Assembly (NCBI GenBank): GCA_032117235.1
Contig: JAULZW010000005.1
Location: forward strand, 31,264-95,263
Direction of reading: 5' to 3'
Length of the DNA stretch: 64,000 bases
DNA from: Minisyncoccota bacterium
GTDB lineage: Bacteria > Patescibacteriota > Minisyncoccia > SW-4-49-11
Shown: in pieces, positions 17,801 to 28,502 of the stretch
Numbering within the stretch: the stretch's first letter is position 1
How the letters are laid out: each line of letters opens with the position of its first letter
Made by a program: the position numbers and the translations under genes
Notes under the pieces: model-generated
The model's database searches: none
Told to the model about the DNA's origin: nothing
Seen by the model: the letters and a program-made list of their open reading frames with translations, nothing else

Positions 17801-20800
17801 TTATAATACTTTTATTCCTAGCACTCTTTCCAGCTCCGCAAAATCAGTTGTATGATCTAATACCTTTAGAATACCAGAAACTTCTAAAGTTGTCATGCCT
17901 TCCTCAATAGCCAACTTTTTAATATTAGAGGTGGAAGCATTAGCTATAATAGTCTCCTTGATTTTAGGAGTCAGCACTAACACTTCAAATATAGCGGTAA
18001 TTCCATTATATCCATTAGGGTGATCTGGACTTTCATTAGACTTAAGAATAGTGTCAGGGATTTGACTATGATATCTTTCTGGTAATTTAGATTTTATAAT
18101 ATCTTTTTGTTCATTAGAAAGAGTAATAGTGATTGCATTGGCAGGATCTATCTTTCTAATAATTCTTTGAGCTATAGTTACATTAACAAAAGTAGCTATC
18201 TCAGATATACCAATTCCGAGATCATATAGTCTTAATATTGCTGACGCTGCATCATTGGTATGTAGAGTAGATAGTAATAAATGTCCAGTGGCTGCAGTTT
18301 GCATAGCTACCTTAGCTGTTTCTGTATCTCTTATCTCTCCAATTAAGACTATATTTGGATTCTGCCTTAACAGAGCTCTAATAGCATTAGGAAAGCTATA
18401 CCCCGTCGCTTCATTTACACTAGTCTGTAAAATGCCAGATAATTTGTATTCAATAGGGTCTTCTATAGTTATTATTTTGACACCAGGTTGATTAAGCGCA
18501 TTAAGAGTTGCATAGAGAGTAGTAGATTTACCAGCGCTAGTAGGTCCTGTTACTAAAATTAGTCCTGTAGTAGCTTGGAGTTGGTCTTGTAACAAGTTTA
18601 TATTATATATATCCATTCCTAAATCATGTAATTTGAGCTTAGCAATATCGGAGCGTAATATTCTCATAACTATGGTCTGACCATAACCTCCTGGAATTAT
18701 AGAAACTCTCACATCAAAATTTTTATCACTAAATATAGTAAAGCGACCCTCTTGAATATTGTTGGCAATATCCAAAGGTAATCCAGAGAAAATTTTAATT
18801 TGATTTAAAATTTGAGGATATAAAGACTTTGGTACACGAGCTTCTTCATATAAAACCCCATCAATTCTAAATCTAATAATCAATTCAGTCATATCAGGTT
18901 CAAGGTGAATGTCGGTAGCTCTTTTATTTAAAGCAGTATTGGTAATAGCTGTTAATTGATCCTGGATAGACATTGACTCAGATATATGAGTAATCTCAGG
19001 TGTAGGAGTCTCTGATTTTTTAATATGAATTCCACGAGATAAGGCAGAAGTCAAAGTAGATTCATAAATTTCATCTATATAAGATATATCTCCTGCAACA
19101 GACAATACTTCTTCTATAGAAGTTTCACCGTCTATTACATGCAAAACTCCATCTTGAAATAGGGTTATCATTCCATTTTCAATAGCTTTCCTAAATACTT
19201 TAAACTCAGGAGTCCCGTTGATAATTAAATCTTTAACATTATCACGAGTCTCAAATAATTCATATAAAGCTAGTCTTCCTTTATATCCAATTCCATAACA
19301 TTTCTCACATCCTTTGGGACGATATAATTTATTGATTTTTTGTGGAATGGTTAAGTTGGATTTAGGAGATATAATAGCTAATGCTTTTTTTATAGAATCT
19401 AATTCCTGTTCTGTAGGAATATATTCTTCTTTACAGTCACAAAATTTTCTTACCAATCTTTGAGCCACAAAAAGATTCATCGCTGAAATTATTAATTGTG
19501 GACTGGAACCAAATTCTTTAAGTCTAGTAATAATACCCACTGAATCATTTGTATGAATAGTAGAAAATACCAAATGCCCAGTTATGGCAGCATTCATAGA
19601 TATACTGGCAGTATCATTATCTCGAACTTCTCCAATCATAATTACATCAGGATCTTGTCTTACAATAGCTTTTAACCCATTAGCAAAGGTATAGCCTTTT
19701 TTTGCATCAACTTGAGTTTGATTAATATTTTGTAATCTATACTCAATTGGATCTTCAATGGTAATAATATTAGTTTCAGTTCTGTTTACGTAATTAAGAA
19801 AAGAGTATAGACTGGTAGTTTTTCCCGAACCAGTAGGTCCAGATAACATAATCATACCCTGAGGCTTGTCGAGATTTCTAACTATAATATCTAAAAAAGT
19901 CTCTCTAATACCAAAACTATAAATATCTAGATTGTGAATTTCTGTATTGAGAAGTCTCATTACAATAATCTCACCAGTTTTGCTAGGTAAAATTGAAACC
20001 CTTACATCAATTGACTGGTTTATATTGCTAGAATTCTCTTTTATAATAATACTAAATCTACCATCTTGAGCAGTAGTCTTTACGTTTAATACAAGAGAAG
20101 CTAAATTTTTTACTCTTGAGATTAATAATTTATACATTTCATTGTCAAAATTCAAAATATCCTGTAAAACTCCATCTATGCGATATCTAAGTCTAGTAAT
20201 ATCACCTTTTGGTTCTATATGTATGTCACTAGCTAAAGAAGAAATAGCCCCGGCACAAATGATTTGCATTAATTCGGAAGTTTCAACTGAATTAATTTTG
20301 TGAGCAAAATCTTCTAAAGCAATAACACTTTGCTTAACTTCTTGTAGCATCTGAAGTGGTATTATGAGGTTGTCTTTTACCACCTCACTTCTTTCCTGTA
20401 AAAATTCATATGCATTATATCCCTTCTCTAAGCTATATCCCGAGACCAGATATAAATCTACTTCATAATTACTTTGATATAATTTTTGCAATATAATTTT
20501 AGCTATAGAGTTATTTATATCTTGTAGGGCTACTTTTAGATTTAATCCAGACCTTTGAAAAATTATCATCTGGGCTTTTTTGGCCTGTTCTTGACTTAGT
20601 ATTTTAAGGGCATCTGGGTTAATTGGAACAAGTTTTAGATTGAGATAAGCCATCCCAAGCTCATTTGCCAATCTTTGAGTTAGTAACTCTTCTTCCCTTT
20701 TATGAATGGCAGCTAAGTTTAAGTCTACTACTTTATCTGAATGTAGTTTGTTTCTAAAACTTTGACGATTATAATTTTTTTGTTTTAGTATTGAACTCAT
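17801..20800 (-). CDS. pilB: Tandem double-domain PilB/GspE type IV pilus assembly ATPase
   Basis: Two full motor modules, each with DIHxEP, RxRIDG, Walker A (GPTGSGKTT; GPTSAGKST), TIEDPIEY, GExRD and TGHL..STxHTND. Confidence 0.9.
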   Translation of the reverse strand: MSSILKQKNYNRQSFRNKLHSDKVVDLNLAAIHKREEELLTQRLANELGMAYLNLKLVPINPDALKILSQEQAKKAQMIIFQRSGLNLKVALQDINNSIAKIILQKLYQSNYEVDLYLVSGYSLEKGYNAYEFLQERSEVVKDNLIIPLQMLQEVKQSVIALEDFAHKINSVETSELMQIICAGAISSLASDIHIEPKGDITRLRYRIDGVLQDILNFDNEMYKLLISRVKNLASLVLNVKTTAQDGRFSIIIKENSSNINQSIDVRVSILPSKTGEIIVMRLLNTEIHNLDIYSFGIRETFLDIIVRNLDKPQGMIMLSGPTGSGKTTSLYSFLNYVNRTETNIITIEDPIEYRLQNINQTQVDAKKGYTFANGLKAIVRQDPDVIMIGEVRDNDTASISMNAAITGHLVFSTIHTNDSVGIITRLKEFGSSPQLIISAMNLFVAQRLVRKFCDCKEEYIPTEQELDSIKKALAIISPKSNLTIPQKINKLYRPKGCEKCYGIGYKGRLALYELFETRDNVKDLIINGTPEFKVFRKAIENGMITLFQDGVLHVIDGETSIEEVLSVAGDISYIDEIYESTLTSALSRGIHIKKSETPTPEITHISESMSIQDQLTAITNTALNKRATDIHLEPDMTELIIRFRIDGVLYEEARVPKSLYPQILNQIKIFSGLPLDIANNIQEGRFTIFSDKNFDVRVSIIPGGYGQTIVMRILRSDIAKLKLHDLGMDIYNINLLQDQLQATTGLILVTGPTSAGKSTTLYATLNALNQPGVKIITIEDPIEYKLSGILQTSVNEATGYSFPNAIRALLRQNPNIVLIGEIRDTETAKVAMQTAATGHLLLSTLHTNDAASAILRLYDLGIGISEIATFVNVTIAQRIIRKIDPANAITITLSNEQKDIIKSKLPERYHSQIPDTILKSNESPDHPNGYNGITAIFEVLVLTPKIKETIIANASTSNIKKLAIEEGMTTLEVSGILKVLDHTTDFAELERVLGIKVL

Positions 20801-21049
20801 AAATATAAGAATATATAATTATATTATACCATAATATGTTAAAAACAATAAATAGTAATTTTTTTAAAAGATGAGTATTTAGTATAAATGGTTACAGTAT
20901 AGATAGATTAAATATAATATATTACTATCTATTTTATATATAGACATATGGTCTATGATCAAACGACATAGCTTATTTAAACCGCAACCTAACAAGCACT
21001 TAGTTTTTATTCTGGTAAGTCTCTATAAAATATGTTATTATTAATTAAT

Positions 21050-22120
21050 ATGAGGTATATAAAAGATTATACAAGTTCGCTAGAAGGTAAACGTGTTCTA
21101 GTGAGAATAGATGTGAATGAACCAGTGGATTATAAGGGCTATCCACAAGATACCTTTAGAATACAAAAAGCATTGCATACTATTAACTTCCTAAGACAGG
21201 CAAAAGCTAAGATTATTTTGATTGCTCATCTTGGAGATCCTCAAAAAGAAGGTAAAGATGGCTTTTCTTTAGAGCTCATATCAAAAGTATTGGGACAGTT
21301 AGGCGGGTTTGATATTACATTTATAGGTAAAAACATTGAGGGTATCGACTCTAATATAATCAACAATATGTCAGATGGTGAGGTTGTATTCTTAGAGAAT
21401 TTAAGGTTTGATATTAGAGAGGAAGAGAATAGTATAGAATTTGCTAAAAAACTAGCTCAATTTGCTGATTTGTATGTTAGTGACGCTTTTTCAGTAATGC
21501 ATCGTAATCATAGCTCAGTAGTTGCTATTACAGAGATCCTACCTTCCTTTGGAGGTTTGGTAGTGGAGCAGGAATTAGAAGCTTTAAATTATATCTTAAA
21601 TAATCCAACTAAACCAGCTGTAGCTATTATTGGAGGTGCTAAAATATCTACTAAATTACCAGTTATACAGACTTTAGAGCTGATTTTTGATTATATCCTC
21701 GTTGGTGGCAAAATAGCAAATGAATATATTGATGAATATAGGGACTCTAAAAGCGATAAGATTATTTTACCAGTAGATTTTGTTGATGCAAAAAGATATG
21801 ATATTGGCCCTAAAACCAGAGAGTTGTTTGCTGGTTATATTGCTAAAGCCTCTACTGTGATTTGGAATGGTCCAATGGGTTGGTTTGAACAAAAACCTTA
21901 TGATGAAGGCACTAGTTTTATTGCTATGGCTGTTGCTCAGAATGAAGATAGCTATTCAGTAATAGGGGGAGGAGAAACAGTAGATGAAGTCCATAATTTA
22001 TATCAAGATTCTAAAATAGATTTTATTTCTACTGGTGGTGGTGCTATGTTGGAATATATAGCAACTAAGGGGAATCTGCCAGGAATAATAGCTTTACAAA
22101 ATAATACATTAGAACTATGA
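21050..22120 (+). CDS. pgk: Phosphoglycerate kinase (short form)
   Basis: RVLVRIDVNEP, LENLRF, GGAKISTK, WNGPMG, STGGGAMLEY. Confidence 0.95.
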   Translation: MRYIKDYTSSLEGKRVLVRIDVNEPVDYKGYPQDTFRIQKALHTINFLRQAKAKIILIAHLGDPQKEGKDGFSLELISKVLGQLGGFDITFIGKNIEGIDSNIINNMSDGEVVFLENLRFDIREEENSIEFAKKLAQFADLYVSDAFSVMHRNHSSVVAITEILPSFGGLVVEQELEALNYILNNPTKPAVAIIGGAKISTKLPVIQTLELIFDYILVGGKIANEYIDEYRDSKSDKIILPVDFVDAKRYDIGPKTRELFAGYIAKASTVIWNGPMGWFEQKPYDEGTSFIAMAVAQNEDSYSVIGGGETVDEVHNLYQDSKIDFISTGGGAMLEYIATKGNLPGIIALQNNTLEL

Positions 22121-23235
22121 AAATAGCGGTGCACGGCTCTCATTTGTGTCAAGAAAGAGAGGATGGGAATCAGACTTACATTTTGAACTTATTTAGAGCA
22201 ATCCGAGAGATTGATACTGAAAATAAGTATACTTTTTATTATAATAAACCCAATGCTAAAATAGTAGAGGCATCTAATTTTGAGCATAAGGTACATAAAT
22301 CTTATTTTATGTGGACCCAGAGGGTATTTCCATTTTTATTACGTCAAGATAAGCCAGATGTGCTTTTTATGCCAATTCAAATGTTACCTTTTTTGAAGTC
22401 AAGAAGACAAAAATCCGTGGTTACAATTCATGATTTAGCCTTTCTTTTGTATCCTGAAACTTTTCCAGCTAAAGATGCTTTTTTGCATAAACTTTATGTC
22501 AGAGAGGCTATTATTAAGGCTGACCATTTAATTGCTATTACTGAGGCTACTAAACAAGATATCATCCGATTTTATAATGTGGACCCAGGGAAAATTACAG
22601 TTGTATATCACGGGGTGGATAAAAACAGATTTAGATTAATACAGGAGGGTGAAGATATTTTAGTTAATAATGTTAAAAATAAATATAATATTAGCAAGCC
22701 ATATATTTTGTATATTGGAAATGTGCAACCTCGTAAAAATATTCAAGGTTTGATTAAGGCTTATCAGAAGCTCAGAAATACCAAAGACCATAATTATCAA
22801 TTAGTTATAGCTGGAGCTAAGGCTTGGTTGGTAGAAGATGTAATGAAAGAAATAGGGGATGAGTATAGGGATGATATAATCTTTACAGGGAGGTTTGAAG
22901 ATTCAGAATTATCTCCACTTTTATGGGGAGCAGATTTATTTGTATTACCTAGCTTTTATGAAGGTTTTGGTCTGCCAGTTTTAGAAGCTATGGCTTGTGG
23001 AGTACCTACTTTAGTTTCAAATACTCCAAGTTTAGTTGAGGTTGGTGGGAATGCATCTCTTGCCTTTGACCCACACAATGTTGACGATATGGCAAAAGTA
23101 TTAGACAATATAATAAGTGATCCTAATTTAAGGCAAGAAATGAGAATAAAGGGATTAAAAAGAGCAAGAGAATTTTCTTGGATTCGTTGTGCTCAGGAGA
23201 CTGTAAATGTAATTCAAAAAATCAATTTATTATGA
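22117..23235 (+). CDS. Glycosyltransferase, GT4 family
   Basis: TIHDL, PRKN, EGFGLPVLEAMACG. Confidence 0.92.
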   Translation: MKIAVHGSHLCQEREDGNQTYILNLFRAIREIDTENKYTFYYNKPNAKIVEASNFEHKVHKSYFMWTQRVFPFLLRQDKPDVLFMPIQMLPFLKSRRQKSVVTIHDLAFLLYPETFPAKDAFLHKLYVREAIIKADHLIAITEATKQDIIRFYNVDPGKITVVYHGVDKNRFRLIQEGEDILVNNVKNKYNISKPYILYIGNVQPRKNIQGLIKAYQKLRNTKDHNYQLVIAGAKAWLVEDVMKEIGDEYRDDIIFTGRFEDSELSPLLWGADLFVLPSFYEGFGLPVLEAMACGVPTLVSNTPSLVEVGGNASLAFDPHNVDDMAKVLDNIISDPNLRQEMRIKGLKRAREFSWIRCAQETVNVIQKINLL

Positions 23236-24290
23236 GAAAAATTATACCTAATGACACGCAATTACAAAAAAAGAAATTGAAGCCTTGGAAAAAAAACATT
23301 CTTATTTTTATTGGGGTTTTATTTTTAATAGGAATTTCGGTGTTTGGATACTTTGCTTATAAAGCTAATAAATCCATTAACAATATTACTGGCGAGAATC
23401 AGTCGATTTTTGATACAGCTAAATCATTATTGTCTGTTGCCCCTACTAAGCAATTAAAATCAGATAATGGTGTAACTAATATAGTATTATTAGGAATGCG
23501 TGGTAAAGACGATCCAAATGGAGGTTTACTATCTGACTCTATAATGGTTGTTTCAATACAGCAAGAATCTAAAAAGGTTGCTATGATTTCAATCCCTCGA
23601 GATTTGAGAGTTGAGGTACCTGAAACTAAGGGGTATAGTAAACTGAACTCAGCACATGCTATTGGTTCTCAACAACAACCACCTCAAGGTTTACAATATA
23701 CTATGAAAGTATTAGAAAATGTTACAGGGCTGCCTATGCATTATGGAGTAAGCGTAGACTTTATAGCTTTTAAGGGGATTATTGATTCTTTAGGTGGAAT
23801 TACAGTTAATGCAGCTAGTGATTTTTATGATCCTAATTATGAAGGAGGAATTAAAGTTTCAAAGGGTCTGAATGATTTGAATAGTGATAGAGCTCTTAAG
23901 TATGTTTGGGCTAGATTAACTACTAATGATTTTGATCGTTCTAGACGACAAAGAGAGGTATTGACAGCTATTAAAGATAAAGCTGAAAAAAATGGTTCTC
24001 TAAAAAACCCATTGTTTATGATTGATTTATTAGATAATTTGGGAAATCATGTTAAAACCACTATGACTGTAGATGAATTAAAAACAACAGTTGATACAAT
24101 AAATACCTTAGATATGAATAATATTATTCAAAAAGGTTATGATACCTCTGCTGATGGACCATTTACTTCTAAAAATGATCCAGTTATTGGTTATGTGATA
24201 ATTCCAAAGTCTGGAAACTTTAATGTTTTCCAAAAAGATATTCAAGGTATATTTGGTGCTTCTGATAAAGAAAATGTACAAAATCCTTAA
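23232..24290 (+). CDS. LCP (LytR-CpsA-Psr) family glycopolymer ligase
   Basis: N-terminal TM, SDSIM, SIPRD, KLNSA, DFDRSRRQ. Confidence 0.92.
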   Translation: MRKIIPNDTQLQKKKLKPWKKNILIFIGVLFLIGISVFGYFAYKANKSINNITGENQSIFDTAKSLLSVAPTKQLKSDNGVTNIVLLGMRGKDDPNGGLLSDSIMVVSIQQESKKVAMISIPRDLRVEVPETKGYSKLNSAHAIGSQQQPPQGLQYTMKVLENVTGLPMHYGVSVDFIAFKGIIDSLGGITVNAASDFYDPNYEGGIKVSKGLNDLNSDRALKYVWARLTTNDFDRSRRQREVLTAIKDKAEKNGSLKNPLFMIDLLDNLGNHVKTTMTVDELKTTVDTINTLDMNNIIQKGYDTSADGPFTSKNDPVIGYVIIPKSGNFNVFQKDIQGIFGASDKENVQNP

Positions 24291-24291
24291 T

Positions 24292-25119
24292 ATGTATAAA
24301 TATAAAGTAGCTCTTACAATTGTAAACTATAATACTAAAGATTTACTTTTATATTGTTTAAAAAAAATTTATCAATCTAAAATAAGTATCCCATTTCAAG
24401 TTATAGTTTTAGACAATGCTTCTAAGGACTCAGATGATACAGAGGAAGAGGTTAAGAATAAATATCCTTTAGTAGAGTTTTTGAAACAATCTAAGAATTG
24501 TGGATATACTAAGGGTGTAAATATATGTGCTAAATATTCCCAAGCTAAATATATATTTAATTTGAATACAGATGCTTTTTTGGATGAAGGAGTTGTTGAA
24601 TCGATGGTACAATGCATGGAAGATAACCCCTCATTTGGACTTATTGGCCCACAGTTACTAAATTTTGACAGTACAATACAAGAATCAACTTATCAATTTC
24701 TAACTCCATTATTAGCTTTATATCGTAGAACTCCAATAGGTTTGCTACCTTTTGCGCAAAGAGCAATTAATCGTTTTAAAATGTCTGACTGGGATCATAA
24801 CTCTATTAAAGAAGTAGATTGGATTTTAGGCGCGGCCTATATGTTCCCTAAAGACTTATTAGAAAAAATTAATTATCTTGATGAAGATATGTTTTTATAC
24901 TTATCCGACACTTATTTTGCATGGCAAGTATGGTCAGCTGGATATAAAGTAGTTTACTACCCTAATGTTAAAATGTATCATTATCACCGCAAATCCAGTC
25001 AAAATGGATTTGTATTTAGTCTTTTATTTAAGAAAATTTATTGGATACATATTCAGGATGGAATTAAATTTTTTATAAAAACTTGGAACAAACCTAATCC
25101 ACATCGACAAATAACTTAA
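24292..25119 (+). CDS. Glycosyltransferase, GT2 family (WbbL-like)
   Basis: IVNYN, DNAS, LNTD, VDWILGA, LDEDMFLY. Confidence 0.9.
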   Translation: MYKYKVALTIVNYNTKDLLLYCLKKIYQSKISIPFQVIVLDNASKDSDDTEEEVKNKYPLVEFLKQSKNCGYTKGVNICAKYSQAKYIFNLNTDAFLDEGVVESMVQCMEDNPSFGLIGPQLLNFDSTIQESTYQFLTPLLALYRRTPIGLLPFAQRAINRFKMSDWDHNSIKEVDWILGAAYMFPKDLLEKINYLDEDMFLYLSDTYFAWQVWSAGYKVVYYPNVKMYHYHRKSSQNGFVFSLLFKKIYWIHIQDGIKFFIKTWNKPNPHRQIT

Positions 25120-25129
25120 AATATAAATT

Positions 25130-26311
25130 ATGAAATTATCTAACCTTGTATTTACAGCTATTCTTCTAATAATGTCATTTGTGTTGGGGGGATTTTATTT
25201 CCAAGACTATGCATATAGTTTTATTTCATCAAATGCTACATTATCTAATAATTTAGAGACTAATTCTTTACAAAAAGTATATAGTTTTTTAAGAGAAGAG
25301 TATTTTTATCCAGATAAAATTGAGGACAAATCTAAAGCTGAACTGGGAGCAGTGAAAGGATTAGTTGATTCACTTGATGACCCATATACAGTTTATTTCT
25401 CAAAGGATGAATATAAAGACTTCTCAGAGAGTTTAGACGGTAAGTTTCAAGGAATTGGAGCTGAAATTGGGCTTAGAGAAGGGCAGTTGATAATTATAAC
25501 TCCAATTATGGGTAATCCAGCTAGTAAAGCAGGATTGTTACCAGGAGATGCAATAATTACTATTAATGGTGAAAGTACATTTGGTTTTAGTATAGATAAA
25601 GCAGTTACTAAAATTAGAGGAGAAAAAGGAACTGAGGTGAAACTAGAAATTTCAAGAGAAGGTCAACCTGATATAAAGGAATTTAATATAATTAGAGATA
25701 TTATAGATGTACCAAATATCAAGGTTAAAGAAAAAGAAGGAGTTGGTGTTATTTCATTATCTCAATTTCAGGTAGAAACTGCTCAAGAATTAGATCAAGA
25801 GATAATGAGTATTAAAGAGAAAGGTATTAATAATATAGTTTTAGATTTAAGGAATAATCCTGGAGGATATTTGCAAGCAGCGGTTGAAGTTGTTGAGTTG
25901 TTTTCACCCAAGGGATCAATTGCAGTTATAGAAAAAGAGAAGGATTCTAATTCAATGAAAGAGTTGAAAACTAAAAAGAATCCTAAATATGAAGATATAA
26001 ACTTAATAGTTTTAGTTAATCAGGGATCAGCTAGTGCATCTGAAATAGTAGCAGGAGCTTTAAGAGATTTAAGATATATTAAATTAGTTGGTCAACAGAC
26101 TTTTGGTAAAGGTGTAGTACAAAGCACCAAAGAGTTCTCTGATGGCTCAGTTTTGAAGTATACTATTGCAGAATGGTTCACTCCTTCAGGAACTGCTATT
26201 AATAAGGAGGGTATTAAACCGGACTTTGAAGTTAAGTTGACATCAGATGATATGAAATCAGAAAGAGACCCTCAATTAGACAAAGCAATATCAATTATTA
26301 AATCAGAATAA
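25130..26311 (+). CDS. ctpA: S41 C-terminal processing protease (PDZ)
   Basis: DPYT, GIGA PDZ motif, DLRNNPGG, SASASEI, TFGKG. Confidence 0.93.
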   Translation: MKLSNLVFTAILLIMSFVLGGFYFQDYAYSFISSNATLSNNLETNSLQKVYSFLREEYFYPDKIEDKSKAELGAVKGLVDSLDDPYTVYFSKDEYKDFSESLDGKFQGIGAEIGLREGQLIIITPIMGNPASKAGLLPGDAIITINGESTFGFSIDKAVTKIRGEKGTEVKLEISREGQPDIKEFNIIRDIIDVPNIKVKEKEGVGVISLSQFQVETAQELDQEIMSIKEKGINNIVLDLRNNPGGYLQAAVEVVELFSPKGSIAVIEKEKDSNSMKELKTKKNPKYEDINLIVLVNQGSASASEIVAGALRDLRYIKLVGQQTFGKGVVQSTKEFSDGSVLKYTIAEWFTPSGTAINKEGIKPDFEVKLTSDDMKSERDPQLDKAISIIKSE

Positions 26312-26320
26312 ATTAAGTCT

Positions 26321-27535
26321 TTATATTTGATCAAATTTAACTATTTCTCCATTGATCTCCACTCCATTTTGAGATAGTGTTTTAGAGCTAATAATAACTC
26401 TTTTATTAATTCCTAATAAGTCAGCTTCTGCAAACTTTACTCCAGGTCTTTCATTGCGATTATCAAATAAAACAGTTTGGTTGTTGCTTTGAATTTGCAG
26501 GTATAATTCTTCGGCTTTTCTCATAACATCCTCAGAGTCTGTATTTAAGGCAATAAGATGAATACGGAATGGAGTAACTGATTCTGGCCATATCATTTTA
26601 GACTCATTTTCAGCAAAAACTTCTACCAAAGTTCCCATTAATCTAGAAATTCCAATTCCATAACATCCCATAATTACTGGTTTATTAAACCCATTTTCAT
26701 CAGTAAACTCCAAATTAAATGCCTCAGAGTATTTTGTTTCTAATTTAAATATGTTTCCAACCTCAATAGACTGCTTTTGAATTAAGTTAGAATTATTACA
26801 TTCAGGACAAGTTTTTTGTTCCTCTATAATTTCTTTATTTATAGCAATATTACATTTTTCACATATAAAAATTGTATCTTCTCCGATATCAGATACAGTC
26901 TGGAACTCATGTGAATATTTGCTAAATGTGCCACCAGAAGCATAAGTTTTAAAAGTTATATCTCCGATACCAAGTCTTTTATAAATATTGATATAGGCTT
27001 GAGTTGCAAGTTCATAATATCTATCTAAATCTGCAGAGGAGCTGTGGAAAGAATATAGATCTTTCATAATAAATTCTCTACCTCTTAAAATTCCTGATTT
27101 AGCTCTTTTTTCGTCTCTAAACTTAGTTTGAATTTGATAAGCAGCTAAAGGTAAATCTTGATATGACTGAATAAAGTTTTTCGCAATAGGTGTTATAATT
27201 TCTTCGTGAGTAGATCCTAGCGCTAGCTCTGTTGAAGTATAGTAAGAAGTAAATTTGTATAATACATCTAAACTATTCCATCTACCAGTCTTTTCCCAAT
27301 AAGATTTTGGTTGAAGCGCTGGCAATAATAATTCTTGGGCTGAGATTTTGCTTAACTCTTCTCTTACTATATTCTCTATGTTTTTTATGACACGATACCC
27401 TAAAGGTAAATAAGCATAAACACCAGCCATAACTTGTTCTATATACCCAGCTTTGATTAAAATTTTAGCATTTAGGGATTCTTCTGTTTGAGAGATTTGT
27501 TTTCTAGTTTTGGAAATTAGGTTAGACTGATACAT
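26321..27535 (-). CDS. proS: Prolyl-tRNA synthetase, short form lacking the editing insertion
   Basis: THEE, FRDEKRAKSGILRGREFIMKDLYSFH, EVGNIF, MGCYGIGISR. Confidence 0.95.
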   Translation of the reverse strand: MYQSNLISKTRKQISQTEESLNAKILIKAGYIEQVMAGVYAYLPLGYRVIKNIENIVREELSKISAQELLLPALQPKSYWEKTGRWNSLDVLYKFTSYYTSTELALGSTHEEIITPIAKNFIQSYQDLPLAAYQIQTKFRDEKRAKSGILRGREFIMKDLYSFHSSSADLDRYYELATQAYINIYKRLGIGDITFKTYASGGTFSKYSHEFQTVSDIGEDTIFICEKCNIAINKEIIEEQKTCPECNNSNLIQKQSIEVGNIFKLETKYSEAFNLEFTDENGFNKPVIMGCYGIGISRLMGTLVEVFAENESKMIWPESVTPFRIHLIALNTDSEDVMRKAEELYLQIQSNNQTVLFDNRNERPGVKFAEADLLGINKRVIISSKTLSQNGVEINGEIVKFDQI

Positions 27536-27543
27536 ATTAAGAT

Positions 27544-28005
27544 TTAATTATTAAGTAATGCAGTAATTTTATTTTGAGGGAAATATTTCATAACAATATG
27601 CCAGACTGGTTTACGGTATTCATGTAGAAATTTCTCAATTTTATCTTGTGAAACCCATAAAAATCCACCCAACTCTCTACGGTCTACTTTAATTGACTGG
27701 GTGCTACCATTGTATTTAAGTAACATAATAGTTTGTTCTTGTCCTAAATTCTCGTCTCGAATAAGTCTCTTAGGGAAATAAAAGGTATGTTTTTCTGGGC
27801 ATTTATCTAAAATTGTAAAATCAGTAGTATTTAACTCCTCCCCCAACTCTCTTATAATTGCTTCCTCATTAGTTTCATTCTCATTAACTCCACCCTGAGG
27901 AAACTGCCAATGCAAAGGGTCATTTGCTCTAGATACAATTAATACATTTTCATCTTTATCAAATATTATTGCTAGTACATTTTTCCTTAGTTTACCATAG
28001 GACAT
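27544..28005 (-). CDS. Nudix hydrolase, RppH/Ap4A-hydrolase-like
   Basis: WQFPQGG and Nudix box GVNENETNEEAIIRELGEE; start set at MSYGK. Confidence 0.85.
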   Translation of the reverse strand: MSYGKLRKNVLAIIFDKDENVLIVSRANDPLHWQFPQGGVNENETNEEAIIRELGEELNTTDFTILDKCPEKHTFYFPKRLIRDENLGQEQTIMLLKYNGSTQSIKVDRRELGGFLWVSQDKIEKFLHEYRKPVWHIVMKYFPQNKITALLNN

Positions 28006-28146
28006 ATATTTTAAAATTAAACCATTATCATAATTATATGTATTATAGCTTATATTTAGTATTTTGTATACAACATAAGTATTTTTATTAGACAAAAATA
28101 TAAAAATATGATATTATTTTTATATATTAATATAATATCATATAAT

Positions 28147-28386
28147 ATGAGTAAAAAACTATTAGAAAAATACCCAAATCATAAAGAATTTATCTACAAG
28201 ACTGAAATCATAACAAGATATGTTTTTAAAGCTATGATTATGTTGGTGGCTGTTACATTGGTCTTATATCAAGTATTATTTGCACTATCATATCTTGGTC
28301 TAAGCTCGTATCAAGAATATAAGCAAGAACAGCAACAAAATAAGCAACAAAAAGCTTTAGAAAAACTACAAGGAGATAAGAAATAA
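28147..28386 (+). CDS. Small single-TM hypothetical protein
   Basis: Hydrophobic segment plus Gln-rich coiled tail; followed by a terminator. Confidence 0.6.
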   Translation: MSKKLLEKYPNHKEFIYKTEIITRYVFKAMIMLVAVTLVLYQVLFALSYLGLSSYQEYKQEQQQNKQQKALEKLQGDKK

Positions 28387-28411
28387 TAATAGTCTGCTTT
28401 AGTTTTACTAT

Positions 28412-28440
28412 AATAAAAGCCGGTAAATCCGGTTTTTATT
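28412..28440 (+). terminator. Intrinsic terminator
   Basis: AATAAAAGCCGG-TAAAT-CCGGTTTTTATT. Confidence 0.75.
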
Positions 28441-28502
28441 GTAAATATATTTAATATAGTATAAACTAAATATAGGTTAACAAATTATATTTTTATTTAA
28501 AT

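Noticed and set aside
20801-21049. Short inverted repeats (ATAGATAG/CTATCTAT; TAGAC-N5-GTCTA) in the pilB-pgk divergent region
   Set aside because: Short and AT-rich; could be operator sites but cannot be told from chance without comparative data
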